From Candidatus Latescibacterota bacterium (GTDB lineage: Bacteria > Latescibacterota > UBA2968), in the NCBI GenBank assembly GCA_965198115.1, contig OZ240241.1:5568001-5632000 (forward strand): 64,000 nt of DNA, read 5' to 3'. How positions within the stretch are numbered: the first letter of the stretch is position 1; each line of letters begins with the position of its first letter. Positions 30,865-42,065 of the stretch are shown here, piece after piece. The position numbers and the translations under genes are program-made. The notes beneath the pieces were generated by a model that was not told the origin of the DNA, did not search any database, and saw only the letters and a list, made by a program, of their open reading frames with translations.

Positions 30865-31563
30865 ATGAACCGGTCGTTTCTGTTAACCGTTCTACTTTTG
30901 GTCGCGCTCGGCGCGTGTTCAGGTCTCGACCCCGTCGGTCCCCAGTCCGACACGACGAACACCGACGTTCCCTTTTCCGCCGAGCGTCACGTTCTCGGAG
31001 CGCTGGCGTCCCACTACGGCGTTACGGTCTCGAAACCGGCCGCTGTCCTGGGATCGTCAACTTTCCAGACCACGTTCGTGCCACAAGCCGACTACGTGGA
31101 AATGTCGCGCGATGTCTTGCCCTCGGGCGACATCGTGGTGCGTGGCCAATACCTGTTCTTCTATTCCGACTGGGGGCCACGACACGGAACACTCGAGTCG
31201 ATCTTCAGTCCGGCCGACGGGCTGTGGCAACACACGACATCGGTCGTATCCGAGGGCCCGGTCGATGCGATTCCCCTTACCGTCCGAATCCGGCAAGCCG
31301 AATCCGACACACCGCTGAACGACGTCGAAGTCGTGGCGCGACGCCAGGGCTCCGCCATCCTCTCTTCTCAATCGCTCAGAACCGATCTGAACGGAGAGGC
31401 TCAGCTCGAGGTCTTCCGGGGCGTGTTCGATCTCGAAGCGCTGTCCGAACAGCTGGGGTCGGTGGCGACTGCCGAACTCATCGTCAGCGAGCCGGGCACG
31501 CACGACATTCCGATCGATGCCAAATTCAATCGGATCGGCAAGCGGCCCCCAATCCAGCCTTAA
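30865..31563 (+). CDS. Lipoprotein of unknown function (C-terminal carboxypeptidase-regulatory-like beta-sandwich)
   Basis: Lipobox LGAC; PLNDVEV...RTDLNGEA..L; GGAGG SD. Confidence 0.65.
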   Translation: MNRSFLLTVLLLVALGACSGLDPVGPQSDTTNTDVPFSAERHVLGALASHYGVTVSKPAAVLGSSTFQTTFVPQADYVEMSRDVLPSGDIVVRGQYLFFYSDWGPRHGTLESIFSPADGLWQHTTSVVSEGPVDAIPLTVRIRQAESDTPLNDVEVVARRQGSAILSSQSLRTDLNGEAQLEVFRGVFDLEALSEQLGSVATAELIVSEPGTHDIPIDAKFNRIGKRPPIQP

Positions 31564-31578
31564 GGGGCGGATAAACCG

Positions 31579-31613
31579 AAGCGGGGGTGTCGAAACACTC
31601 GACACCCCCGCTT
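31579..31613. terminator. Strong hairpin between convergent genes
   Basis: AAGCGGGGGTGTCGA-AACAC-TCGACACCCCCGCTT, perfect 15-bp stem. Confidence 0.8.
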
Positions 31614-31636
31614 GAAAACAACTCCAATGAGCGAAC

Positions 31637-32718
31637 TCAGAATCCTACATTCACCGTCAACCAGTGGTTGTCGTCGAAGAATTCTGTTCGTCCAAAGGCG
31701 TAGTCCACCTGGAACTTGTAGTCGCTAACGGGTACCCTCAGACCGAATCCTGCCGTCGGGCCAAGGATGTATTCCTTTTTGAACCCTGACGGTTGGACAC
31801 CGCCTTCGGGTGCCATCACATAGCCACCACGAACCAGAAAGGTCTCCCTGTATTCGACCTCGACACCAGCCTGATACTCGTCGGCGACAGGTTGTTGTTC
31901 CGGAAAGTTGCGTGGAACGTACCGGTACCCTGCTGACCCGTGTACATCTCGTAGGCCAAGCCCAATTCGATCGACGTCGGCAGCTCGGCCGGTGCGAGCG
32001 ACGTGCGGAAGTTTCGCGCTCCGGCCGAGCTCTCGGCTTCAGTCAGTGCATCGCCGAGGACAACCGGAACGTCCAGATCCGCCCCATCGAACTTCATGTC
32101 CGACCCGAGATTCCGAATCGCGATCCCGAGTGAAAGACCCTTCAGACCCGTGTAATACTGGAAGCCGAAGTCGAAAGCCATGCCCGTCGCGGATACGCGA
32201 CGTACGCCTTCGTGAATGAACTTGCCCGTCGCTCCAAACGACACGCGATCCGTGAATTGCCGAGAGTAGGTAAACCCGATGACCGAGAAGTTGGGCGTTA
32301 TGACTTCACCCGTCCCCTCGGGACTCGATTCAGTGGTCACGATAATGTCGCCGACCGACAAAATCTTGGCGCTGATCCCGATCGTCGAGGATTCACCGAT
32401 CTTCGTCGTAACGCCGATATAACTCATCGACATATCAGCAATATAATCGAGGTAAGAGAACGTAAACTCGCGGGGCGTGTCACCCAGGGCAACGCCCGCG
32501 GGATTCCAGTAAAGCGCTTCCGCACCCGACACGCTCGCCATAATGGCACCGCCCATGGCGGTCCCACGAGAGCCGACGGGTATCCGGAGTTCCTGTGCTG
32601 CCGCCAGCCCGATACGCTCGGTGTTGGCCGCCTGAACGAGCGACGGCATCAACAAGGCGGCGAAGAGCAAAGCGCCCAGGAAGCGCCCGGCCCGTTTTGA
32701 TCTGCATACGAATGCCAT
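31637..32718 (-). pseudogene. PorV/PorQ-family beta-barrel, frameshifted near 31885
   Basis: IPVGSRGTAMGGA...ALYWNPAG; after NNNL the protein continues in the -1 frame as ADEYQAGVEVEY..VRGGY..DYAF..TVNVGF. Confidence 0.8.
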
Positions 32719-32741
32719 TTTGTCTTCCTCCATTCGCCGGC

Positions 32742-35700
32742 TTAGAAGGAGCCGAGCGTTTCGGCTTCCATGAATACGGCAAGCTTCAGGATCTTCGTGC
32801 CGATGTCGCCAGCATCGATATGGGCGATGTAGATGCCGCTCGCAAGGAGCACACCCTGATCGGTTTTCAGGTCCCATTCCTCCGTCGGCAACCCGTTGTC
32901 GTGCATGATCGTCCGCACCAGGTCGCCAGCCATCGTAAACAACCGGATCGTCGCCACGCCTGGCAGGTTCGTGAAGCGAACCTTCCGTGCCAGCGACGAA
33001 GACTCGAAAGCCGACCGTCCCAGATAGGGGTTCGGCACGGCCAGCACCTTGTTCAAGTCCACAATGGCCAGGTCCTGATCCCCGACGATGCCGGGCGTCG
33101 TGTCGAACGAGAAAACATCGCCCGGGACATTTACGTGGTTGGCAATCATGAGGAAACTGTCCCCGTCCTCCGGGAACCGTGCATCCTGACGGCGGTTGGC
33201 GAAGACCATCCACATAACAGGCATCACCGGGTCGTCCGGAATCAGCCCGTTCGTTGTCAGGACCTCGTGACTCGCCTCACCCGCATTCGGATCCGTGTAG
33301 GGCAGGTCGAGCACGAAGAGCCATTCACGTGCATCGAACGTGCTACCTACGTCCCCATTGTAGGGGGGGCCCCACGCCCCGTTCACCAGACCCGCTGCCC
33401 GGTTGTTCTCCAGAAACCCGACTTCGAGACGTCGGGGCGGGCTGGCTTCGACATCCCAGGCGGACACCATGATCGGGTTCCGTTCCTGGAAAATGTATAC
33501 GCCGGCCCCGTCAGTATTGATGATGTAGCTGCTCCAATCGTAGGGGACCCTGGACGTCGTCAGATCTGCCGGGGCGGGGGGGTCCGCTCCGGCCGAGCGC
33601 AGATAGCGATATCCGTAGGACACGTTCTCGTTGCTCAGATCCAGCGGCTTGTAGAGGTTCTCGCCGTCCGTCTGGTCAACGCTCGTGAATCTGAGCTCAA
33701 CCGTTCGAAGGTCGGCAGGTGTCGTCGACACCCAGTTCGAACTGAACCAGAACGAATTCGGATCACCCGTGATCGCGCCGTTGAAGCCTTCGGCCTCGAA
33801 TCCGTCGGCACTAGCCCAGGTGATCCACCGCGAGCCGGTCGGAATATCCCAGTCCTTCATACCTTTCGGCGGACCCAGCACCTTAACGAGCACACCGTCC
33901 GCAATCGGGTTGGCAGCGGCCTAGGCGTCCGTCGCAGCCTGCGGCAACCCCTCGAGGAGGGTCGCGCCGGTCGCGCTGTTGATCAGATCCCAAACGACCT
34001 CACCTGCGACATCCCGGAAAACAACCTCGTAGGAGTTACCCGTTACCCGCGAGGGATCGACCAGGGTAATACCCACGGAGCCATCGCTGTTACCCGATGT
34101 GTGAGCAGCCATTGTGTCGGCACGAACCGGGTCATACGTCGTTCCCGCGAGAGGCGGTAACGGCATGATGCCCAGGGCATCTTCGGTCTCCGTCGACAAC
34201 GCTACCTGACGCCCGTCCTTCAGGACGTTGATCGACGTCTCCAGCGTCGTCGGGTTCGCGGTCAGGTCGACGCCGTAGGCCGTCACCGCATAGTAGTAAA
34301 CGCGGTTCGGACGAGACGTCCACCCAGCAGAGCGTCATCGGTTAGCTCGACATAGTGCTGGACGCCGCCGTCGGTTCCGAATTGTGCCGGCCGCGAAATG
34401 ACGATCCCGGACGACTCATCGAACTGATCATCGAAGATCACTTTCTGACCGTTGTCGATGTCGTAGGTGGCGATTCGCATCCAGGGACCGGCCGGAGTCG
34501 ACCCTTGATACACGTTGTAACCCTCGAACGGGTAGGATCCCGAGCTATTCTCGGAATCCGTACCCCACGTGAGGATGACTTGACCGTTGCCCTGCCTATC
34601 ACCCAGAGAGGAAATTGCAACCTTCGGTGCGGCCGGGGGCTCCGGAGCCTGAAAGTCGTTGTCGAACGTCTGTTGCGCCGCCGAATCGAAAAACCGCAGC
34701 GCGGTGATACTCGACAGACGATCCTGACCCTGCGCGGCGATGATGGCGGCCACGACCTCCTGCGAATCGCCTGGTGCAAACGTGAAAGGCCCCGACGACA
34801 ACATGAACCGGCGGTCGGCCGGGTTGGTATCGACCCATCCCGACCCCGTCACCGGGTCTCCAGAGAGAACGAAGGCCGTCACAGCGCCCGTTGTCGGGTC
34901 CGTGTGGTCCGTCGTCTCGCCGTCGGGATCGATTCCCCTCATGTAGTTGTAGGTCTCGCTCGGCGTGTGCGGGTCGGTTCCGTTGATGTACTTGTTGAAC
35001 GACGTCATCGGGAGCTCTTCGCCGTCGTCACCGATCGGACCCTTGAAGAAATCATAGCCGACCGCAGGCGGCGTGTTGCCGTAAACCTGGTCGTTGTTCG
35101 TCGCATTGAAGCAGAATCCGAGACTCGTCTCCACATCGCACCCGACCAGGTCATTATCGAACTGACCCAGATCCGGATCGGACCACAGCGAAATGTAGGT
35201 GCTGTCGATCTGGTTCCCGCCCTTGTTGATCAGCAGGAACTTGATGAACACGATGTTCCCAAGTGGGCCGCTTCGGTTGAACGCGAACGTTGTCTGCTGG
35301 ACTTCGATCCCCAGCGGATCCGTCTGTCCCGCGTCGTTCGTGTGCTTCGTCGGGTTCGCGTCGTTGTAAACGGTCCAGATCGTCTGGTACCATCGGATCG
35401 CCGTTCGCATCGACCGGCGCGCCGTCCTGCGACGGCCAGTTCGCCCAGTCCGGGTTCTCCGGGCCATCGCCACGATTGATCTTGTAGACGCGATACTGCT
35501 CCGCATCCGGATCGGCCGGTGTGCCGTCGGCCAGCATCGGCCCCGGCTGGTACTCGTGGCTGTACTCGGCGACTACGATACGGGTCTCGCCGTTCACCTT
35601 ACCGCCCACCCACAGACCTGAGGCAAAGACCGCCGTCCGTCCCGACCCCTTCAGGAACTCGAAACCCGAATTACCCGTCGGGATATCCCAGGCGAACGAG

Positions 35701-35864
35701 CCCTGGTTCGTGACGAACATGGAGATGTTGTTCACATCGATCGAGATATTGTTCACGAGCTTGGCGGCACGCGGCCGGAAGCCGGGGTTTCGGCCTTCGG
35801 CTGGCCCCGCGTGGGCGAAAACCAGGGCCGCCATCATCGATATCAGTATTGCACCACGTTTCAT
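32742..35864 (-). pseudogene. Large secreted T9SS-CTD protein with FN3-like segment; two frameshifts and an in-frame TAG
   Basis: Four track ORFs join into one protein: signal MKRGAIL; shift near 35390; shift near 34310 (PNRVYYYAVTAY); TAG 33921-33923; CTD AVPNPY...WDL...ASGIYIAHI...KLAV. Confidence 0.8.
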
Positions 35865-35882
35865 CCTGTTATCCCTCGTTGG

Positions 35883-38776
35883 TTAGAAGCTGAGTGCAAA
35901 GCCGAGGCGAACCTGGCGTGGTGTTGAGAAGTTGCGAGGATTCTTTTCCTTCAACTCATAAAGATTCCTGCCCTGCTGACCGTGCGTCGCGATAAAGTCG
36001 GCACCATCGGGCGTCGACAGCCAACCGGTCGTGAGTGGGCTTCCCGTCGCCGAGTAGACCTGCGACTCGAACCCGCGGCTGTCCGAGTCCCGAGCAGCCA
36101 CGTTCGCTCGGTCGAGCAGGTTGATCGCCCAGATGTAGAAATCTACGCTGTAGCGGCCGATCACGAACGCCTTGTTGGCCTTGGCGTCGATCCTGAACTG
36201 CCACGGGCCGTTTGCAGAGTTCAGCGGCCCCGTCGGACGCTCCGTCACGTTCGCCAACGTGATCTGATTGAAGAACACCGTCGGCGTGTAGGGGAACCCG
36301 CTACCGGCACGAACAAGGACATTCAGGCCAGCGTTTGCGAGCGGGTAGCCGCCCATGAAGTGAGGGCCGTCATCTGCCGTGAATCGATAGTCGACCGACC
36401 CCGTGATCTTGTGACGCTGATCGTAATCGAGCGGCGCGGTCGACTTCGGAGGCTCGGTTACACCGGCCTGGAAGGTCCACGCGATGTTCCGCTGCGTTTG
36501 CGGGCCCGATCCGGTTCCCGAGGCGTAGCCCAGACTGTAGCCAAGCCGAAGCGTCATCCGGTCGGAGCGACGCATCTGCGCGGTCACGTCCACCCCCTTG
36601 ATCGTTCCGAAGTCTCGATTGCGGAACGAGGTGAAAGAAGACGGATTCGATGGAATCTGCGTGACCTCGACGAGGTTTTTCACCGACTTGTAATACGCCG
36701 TCACTCCCACGCTTGCTCGGTCGCCAACCTGCTGGTTGATCCCAACCTCATACGCCGTCGTCTCCTCGGGCTTCAGGTTGGGATTCCCGAAAGCGTAGTA
36801 GTAGCCACCCGTCGGAGCCTTGTGCTCCAGGTAGGCGAGTCCCACGTAGAGGTCCTCCAGGTTTGGCTGCTGGAAGAACTTGCCATAGTGCACGTGGAAC
36901 ATCGTCTTCGTCGTGACGGGAAAGCCCAATCCGACGCGGGGGCTCAGCTTGTGATGGATCTCGTTGCCGGCCAGATCGCCAGAATCGAGCGTGTCATCGC
37001 CACCCAGGGGCGTTCCCTCGTCGCGGAGCACGTCGGTCTTCGCGTTCAGGTAGTCGTAACGAAGACCCAGATTCACGACAAGGCCTTCGTACTCGATCTT
37101 GTCCTGGAGATAGACGGACCCCAGAATCGGCTTCTTCCGATCGTCACGACCCGAATTAAGGGGAACGAGTTCCCGGTTGGTATAATCGAAGATGTAGCCA
37201 TATCGATCGACATCCAGAAAGCCGCCGGGATGATCGGCGTCCCCGTAGCCACCCCGCCAGGTCTGCACGGGGAAGAGATGCCTGTAATACCGGAGATAGT
37301 GATACTGCAGGTCGAACCCGGCCTTGATCTGGTGGTTGGGGTCGACCTGGCTTGTGATGTCGAAGTCGATCGGCGTCACGTAGGTCGACCGGCTCTGCTC
37401 GTAGTCGTCCCGAACATAGCCTTCGTCACCTGTCACGAATCCATCGGCGTCCAACCCAAGCGGCGTGGACGCGTCGTCTCCCAGGCGGAACAGAACCGTA
37501 TCATCGAACAGCGGGTTCCCGCTTGGCCGGCCATAGGCGAACAGGTCGTCGAAATGTGTCCCGTCTCCCTGCTTTCTCAGGCTGCTGAATCCGTTGCCCT
37601 GGACCGTGAAGAACGTCCGCGGGTTCAGCGTCCACGTCAGCTTTCCGAACAACGAGATCGTTCGGTCCTCGGTCGTGGCGGAGTGGTCCAGATCGAAGCG
37701 GTAGCTGTGAATGTAGCTCTGCCAATCGTCGGACGTCATAATGCCACCGACCTTGAAGTCCGCCCGGTCGTTCAGCCGATAGGTCAACTTGGCCTGACCC
37801 GTCCATCCTTTGAGTTCGTGGTGGGGCAGGAGCCCGTCACGAAGGAGGTTGAACTCCTCACCAGACAGCATGTCGCGCTCGAAGTCGTGCGCCTCGACGC
37901 CCCAGCGGGGTCGTCTGTCGGTCTGGTCGCGACGCTCCGCGGACACGAAGAACGTCATCTGATCGGACCCCGGCAGCAGCGGGCCGCCCAGTGCACCATC
38001 GATGTTGGAGTGAAGACTGGGCTGGTGCGCCTTCCTATGGCTACAACTTCGTCTGTGATGTATTCGACGGAACCCGAGTAATCGCGGCCACCCTCTTTCG
38101 TCACCACGTTCACGATACCGGACATCACACGCCCATACTCGGCGTCGAAGCCGCCAACAGTCACAACGACCTGGTCGATCGCGTTGCTGTTCAGCGACGT
38201 GGTGGACCGACCAGACTGCAGGTCCTTCTGGGACACGCCGTCCACGTAGAAATCGACTTCGGCAAGTCGCCCACCACGGATATAGAGGTTGCCGTCGTGG
38301 TTCGTCACGCCTGCCTGCAGGCTCGCTACACCAGCGAATCCCCTGAGCGGCAGCGCTTCGATCTCTTCGGCTACGACAATACGGGTCGAAGACGTCTGAT
38401 CCTTCTGGACCAGGGGCGCCTCTGCCGTCACGACCATTGCCTCGACTTCCAGCGTCATCGTGGGGAGGACGAAGTCCTGCTTCGTCGTGAAGTCAGGCGT
38501 GATCCGAACATTCTGGACTACGACGTCCTGATGCCCGATGAACGTGGCCTTGAGCCTATACGTGCCACCCAACACGTTCAGAATGAAGTACTCGCCGTTC
38601 GAATCCGTGGTCGCACCGATCACGGCCGGGCCGTCGGTGATGACCACGTTGGCCCCGGGCAGCGTCTCTCCCGAATCGGAGGTCACTTTACCCGAGATCT
38701 TCCCGGTCGTCCCCGCATCGGCGAGCGACGGCAGGACGAACAGGAGTGCGAGAATCAAAGAAAACCTTCTCATCAT
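35883..38776 (-). pseudogene. TonB-dependent receptor, split at about 38000-38050 by an inversion plus a 1-nt shift
   Basis: AGTTGKISGKV...LPGANV, IRGGR, GGFDAEYG..SGIVNVVTK (plug); QDKIE, SPRVG, GNPNLKPE, PRQVRLGFALSF. Confidence 0.85.
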
Positions 38777-38856
38777 CGCGTTCCTTTCGTTGTGGAATAC
38801 CGATTGGTACAACTCTTGCAATGAATTTCCGGCTGAAAGCAACAGCGGATCTTCAA
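38773..38856 (-). CDS. Candidate Cys-rich small ORF MKIRCCFQPEIHCKSCTNRYSTTKGTR
   Basis: AGAGGAG SD 7 nt before TTG 38856; TGA overlaps the TonB-receptor ATG. Confidence 0.35.
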   Translation of the reverse strand: MKIRCCFQPEIHCKSCTNRYSTTKGTR

Positions 38857-39171
38857 ATGGGTTCTCCTCTTTTGGTGTGGACGGTCACGATGTGACCGAG
38901 TAGAAACCTCGGACGTCCTCTTAGTTTGATCTCACCTGTTCACCAAAACGGGTGTGAAGGGCGGCCTGTCGGGGGGCCTGGAAACCTACCAACAGGTCGT
39001 CGTCTTTTTCGTTAGGCTTTTGGCTAACGTAGTATACATCACGGCGCGCCATTTTACGCATGTAGGACTAGTCTCACTTTTCCGTAGTACTTTCCGGCCC
39101 GTGCTAACCCTGACGTGAGTAGAGAAAAGACCGGATAATCAACGAAATTCGCTCTCCTTTCTCTCAATTTA

Positions 39172-39213
39172 CGTAGGAATAATACCTTCATTCTTGTAGG
39201 ACCAACCCTCACG
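39172..39213. promoter_or_regulatory. Tandem YGTAGG-N7-CCTACA-like dyads upstream of the TonB-receptor operon
   Basis: CGTAGG-AATAATA-CCTTCA (39172) and TGTAGG-ACCAACC-CTCACG (39195); extra half-site TGTAGGAC at 39061. Confidence 0.5.
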
Positions 39214-39220
39214 AAATCGG

Positions 39221-39850
39221 TTAAGCGACGATCTCGTTCCGAATCGCGTAGTGTGTGATCTCCACGTTGTTCTTCAGCTTCATCTTGTCCAGCACCCGTG
39301 AACGATAGGTGCTCACCGTCTTGACGCTCAGGGCGAGCTCGTCGGCCAGCTCGCTCACGGACTTCCCGGAAGCAATCCCGCAAAAGACCTGATACTCCCG
39401 ATCGGAAAGCGATTCGTGGGGCGGCCCATCGTGAATCTCGAGCTCGAACGCCAGCTTCTCCGCCAGCGATTCGCTGATGTATTTGCGCCCGTCCGCCACG
39501 TTCCGCACCGCCTTCACCAATTCCTCGGGCGAACTCTCCTTCATAAGATACCCAGACGCCCCGGCCTTGAGCGCCCGAATCGCATACTGCGATTCGGGAT
39601 AGATGGTAAGGATCAGAACGGGCAGGCGAGGGGCTTCCCGCTTGATCTGCTTCAGAACCTCCAGCCCCGTTGCGCGTGGCATCGAGATGTCCAACAGGAC
39701 GACATCGAACGGTTCATCTCGAATTTTCTCGATGACCTGATGCCCGTCGGCGGCCTCCCCGATCGGCAAAATGTCGCTCGTCTCGGCGAGGATCTGCTTA
39801 AGACCTTCTCGGACGATGACGTGATCGTCCGCAATCAAGACCCTGATCAT
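39221..39850 (-). CDS. NarL/LuxR-family response regulator
   Basis: IADDH, LLDISMP, GASGY..K; LSDREYQV...LALSVKTVSTYR HTH. Confidence 0.95.
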   Translation of the reverse strand: MIRVLIADDHVIVREGLKQILAETSDILPIGEAADGHQVIEKIRDEPFDVVLLDISMPRATGLEVLKQIKREAPRLPVLILTIYPESQYAIRALKAGASGYLMKESSPEELVKAVRNVADGRKYISESLAEKLAFELEIHDGPPHESLSDREYQVFCGIASGKSVSELADELALSVKTVSTYRSRVLDKMKLKNNVEITHYAIRNEIVA

Positions 39851-41888
39851 ACCCGGCTCCTCGGCGCCTCGAGAGGCACCGTCACTTCAATACGCGTCCC
39901 CTTACCGGAAAATCCGGTAATGTCGATCTGTCCCCCGATCGCACGAACACGCTCCTTCATCCCGACGATCCCGAAGGCACTGGGATCCTTCATCCGATCC
40001 TGTGAGATCCCGATTCCGTCGTCCTCCAGCGTCAGTTCCAGCCGGTCATCCGTGGCCTGCAGCGACACTTCGAGGGCCTTTGCCTCGGCGTGACGAAGGA
40101 CGTTGGTCACGGCTTCCTGGAACACGCGGAACACGGCCGTACCCGTCTCCGGATTGACGTCGATCTCCTCGGGCGAAAAAACGACGCGGCTCTGAATGCT
40201 CGAGCGGCTCCCGAGGTCGTCGAGCAGCCATTCCATCGCCGCCGACAGCCCGAGGTTGTCGAGCACGGCGGGTCTCAGCTCCGAGCAAATCCTGCGCACC
40301 GATAGGATCGTTTCATCCACGAGACCCGTCATACCGAGCAGACGGTCCTGAATCGCCCGATCGGGCTCGCCCAGACGGCGTCCCACGAGCGACAGATCCA
40401 GACGGAGAGCGGTCAGGTTCTGGCCCAGCTCGTCGTGAATCTCTCTGGCGATCCGTGTTCGATCGGTTTCGCGAACCGATTCGAGGTGGGTCGACAGATT
40501 TCGTAGCTGTTCTCGCGACGCCAGGAGCTGTGCCTCGACCTCCCGTCGCTCCTCGACTTCCTTCCTCAGCTCTCCGACGACGCCTTCGAGCTGGAGCGTC
40601 CTGCTGTGGACTCTCTCCTCGAGCTCGGCATTCAACCGCCTGATGCGGGCCTCGGCCTTTCGCTGCTCGGAAATGTCACGGATGATGCCCTCGACGCTGA
40701 CGACCGTGCCGTTCTCGTCGACCACCGGCACCTCCAGGACTTCGATCAGCCGTGTTTCGCCATCGGCGTGCAGGACCTCCACCTCGTGAACGGGTGGCGA
40801 GCCCCCCTCGAGCGCCTCTCGATCGAATCGATCCACGTCCAGGTTGGTCGGACTGTCCGCCAGGGTGGCCCTGAACGACCGCCCCTGCATGTCCTCCGGG
40901 TGGTAGCCGAGAACCTGCGTCACCGACGGGCTGGCGTAGGTCACGGTCCCGTCAGCGTCGTGCGTGTAGAAGAAGTATTCGTTCTCCAGGCCTTCGACCA
41001 GACGACGATACTTCTCCTCGCTCTGCCGGAGCGCTTCTTCGGTCCGCTTTCGAGCTGTGATGTCCACGAACACGGCCATCAGGACGCGCTGATCGCCCAG
41101 GTCGATGGCCGTCAGAAACGTCTCCGACACGTATTCGGAACCGTCGAACCTGCGGCTGGTCCATTCGAATTGATTGCTGCCCCGTTCGTAGGCTTCGGCC
41201 ATGTAGCGCTCGGCCAGCTCCCAGGACGGGGATCCGTCCGGCTGCGAGGGTGGCGACAGTTCTGCGGGGTGTTTGGACAGCAGATCCGCCTTGTCCCGAG
41301 CCCCGTAGACCCGAACAGCCTCCTGATTGCAATCGATGAACCGTCCATCCTCCTGTCGCTGGACCGTCACGCCGCACATCACGCCGTCATACAACGCGTA
41401 GAGCACGGCCTCCGTCGGCTTCATCTGATCGGGTGAAAGCGGACGGGGGTCGGCGCGACCGATCATCCGCATCAGTTTCTGTTCCGCGATCAGCCGGGCA
41501 TCGATCTGAGCCCGGGTGTGTCGCGCCCGCCGAACGACCGTCGGAAGACTCGACAACCCACCCGAGTCGGTCGTCACGACGTCCACGACACCCTCACGAA
41601 GCCACGCATCGAACGATCGGTCGTCTCCCGGGGCGACCAGCATCACCACCGGGAGCGCAGGCGAAAGGTGCCCCCCCTGCCTGATTTCTTCGAATATCTC
41701 CGGTGACGTAAACACCGCTTCGGGCGCAGAAAACAGCCCGGCCTGAGCTTCCTCGGGGTCGAAGCCTCGTGGACGTCGTGGCATCCCAAAGTCGGATCGC
41801 CAGTCAGTCCATCCCTGACCCTTTCACGAACATCCACCGTCGTGTGACAAACGAGCACGTGCCCCTCGCGAACCCTGATATGGTTCAT
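39847..41888 (-). CDS. Sensor histidine kinase (degenerate REC, 2 PAS, HisKA_3, HATPase); apparent frameshift at 41755-41758
   Basis: REIHDELGQ, QEAVTNVLRH, DDGIG, GIVGMKERV; one extra C joins MNHIRV...HEAST to PEEAQA...LPVVML. Confidence 0.85.
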
Positions 41889-41952
41889 TCTTCCGTTCCT
41901 TTGAAGATATTCCCGTCGGAATCGGCCGAAATAGGAGAAGTGTGAAATCTTG

Positions 41953-41971
41953 TGTAGGACTACACCCTACA
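41953..41971. promoter_or_regulatory. Perfect TGTAGG-N7-CCTACA dyad upstream of the kinase gene
   Basis: TGTAGG-ACTACAC-CCTACA; a weaker dyad CGTCAG-N6-CCGACG starts 23 bp further on. Confidence 0.6.
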
Positions 41972-42065
41972 TTCGCGTCAGCTCAGTCCGACGCCTTCTC
42001 TAAAGTACGCAAAAATGGGAAGGTCTGTTGCCAACGACCTCCCCGGTCAAACCGCGTCTTGATGC

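Noticed and set aside
33921-33923. Pyrrolysine or recoded TAG
   Set aside because: TAG serves as a normal stop in other genes here (e.g. rpmF, acpP); no pyl genes are visible; the gene also has frameshifts.
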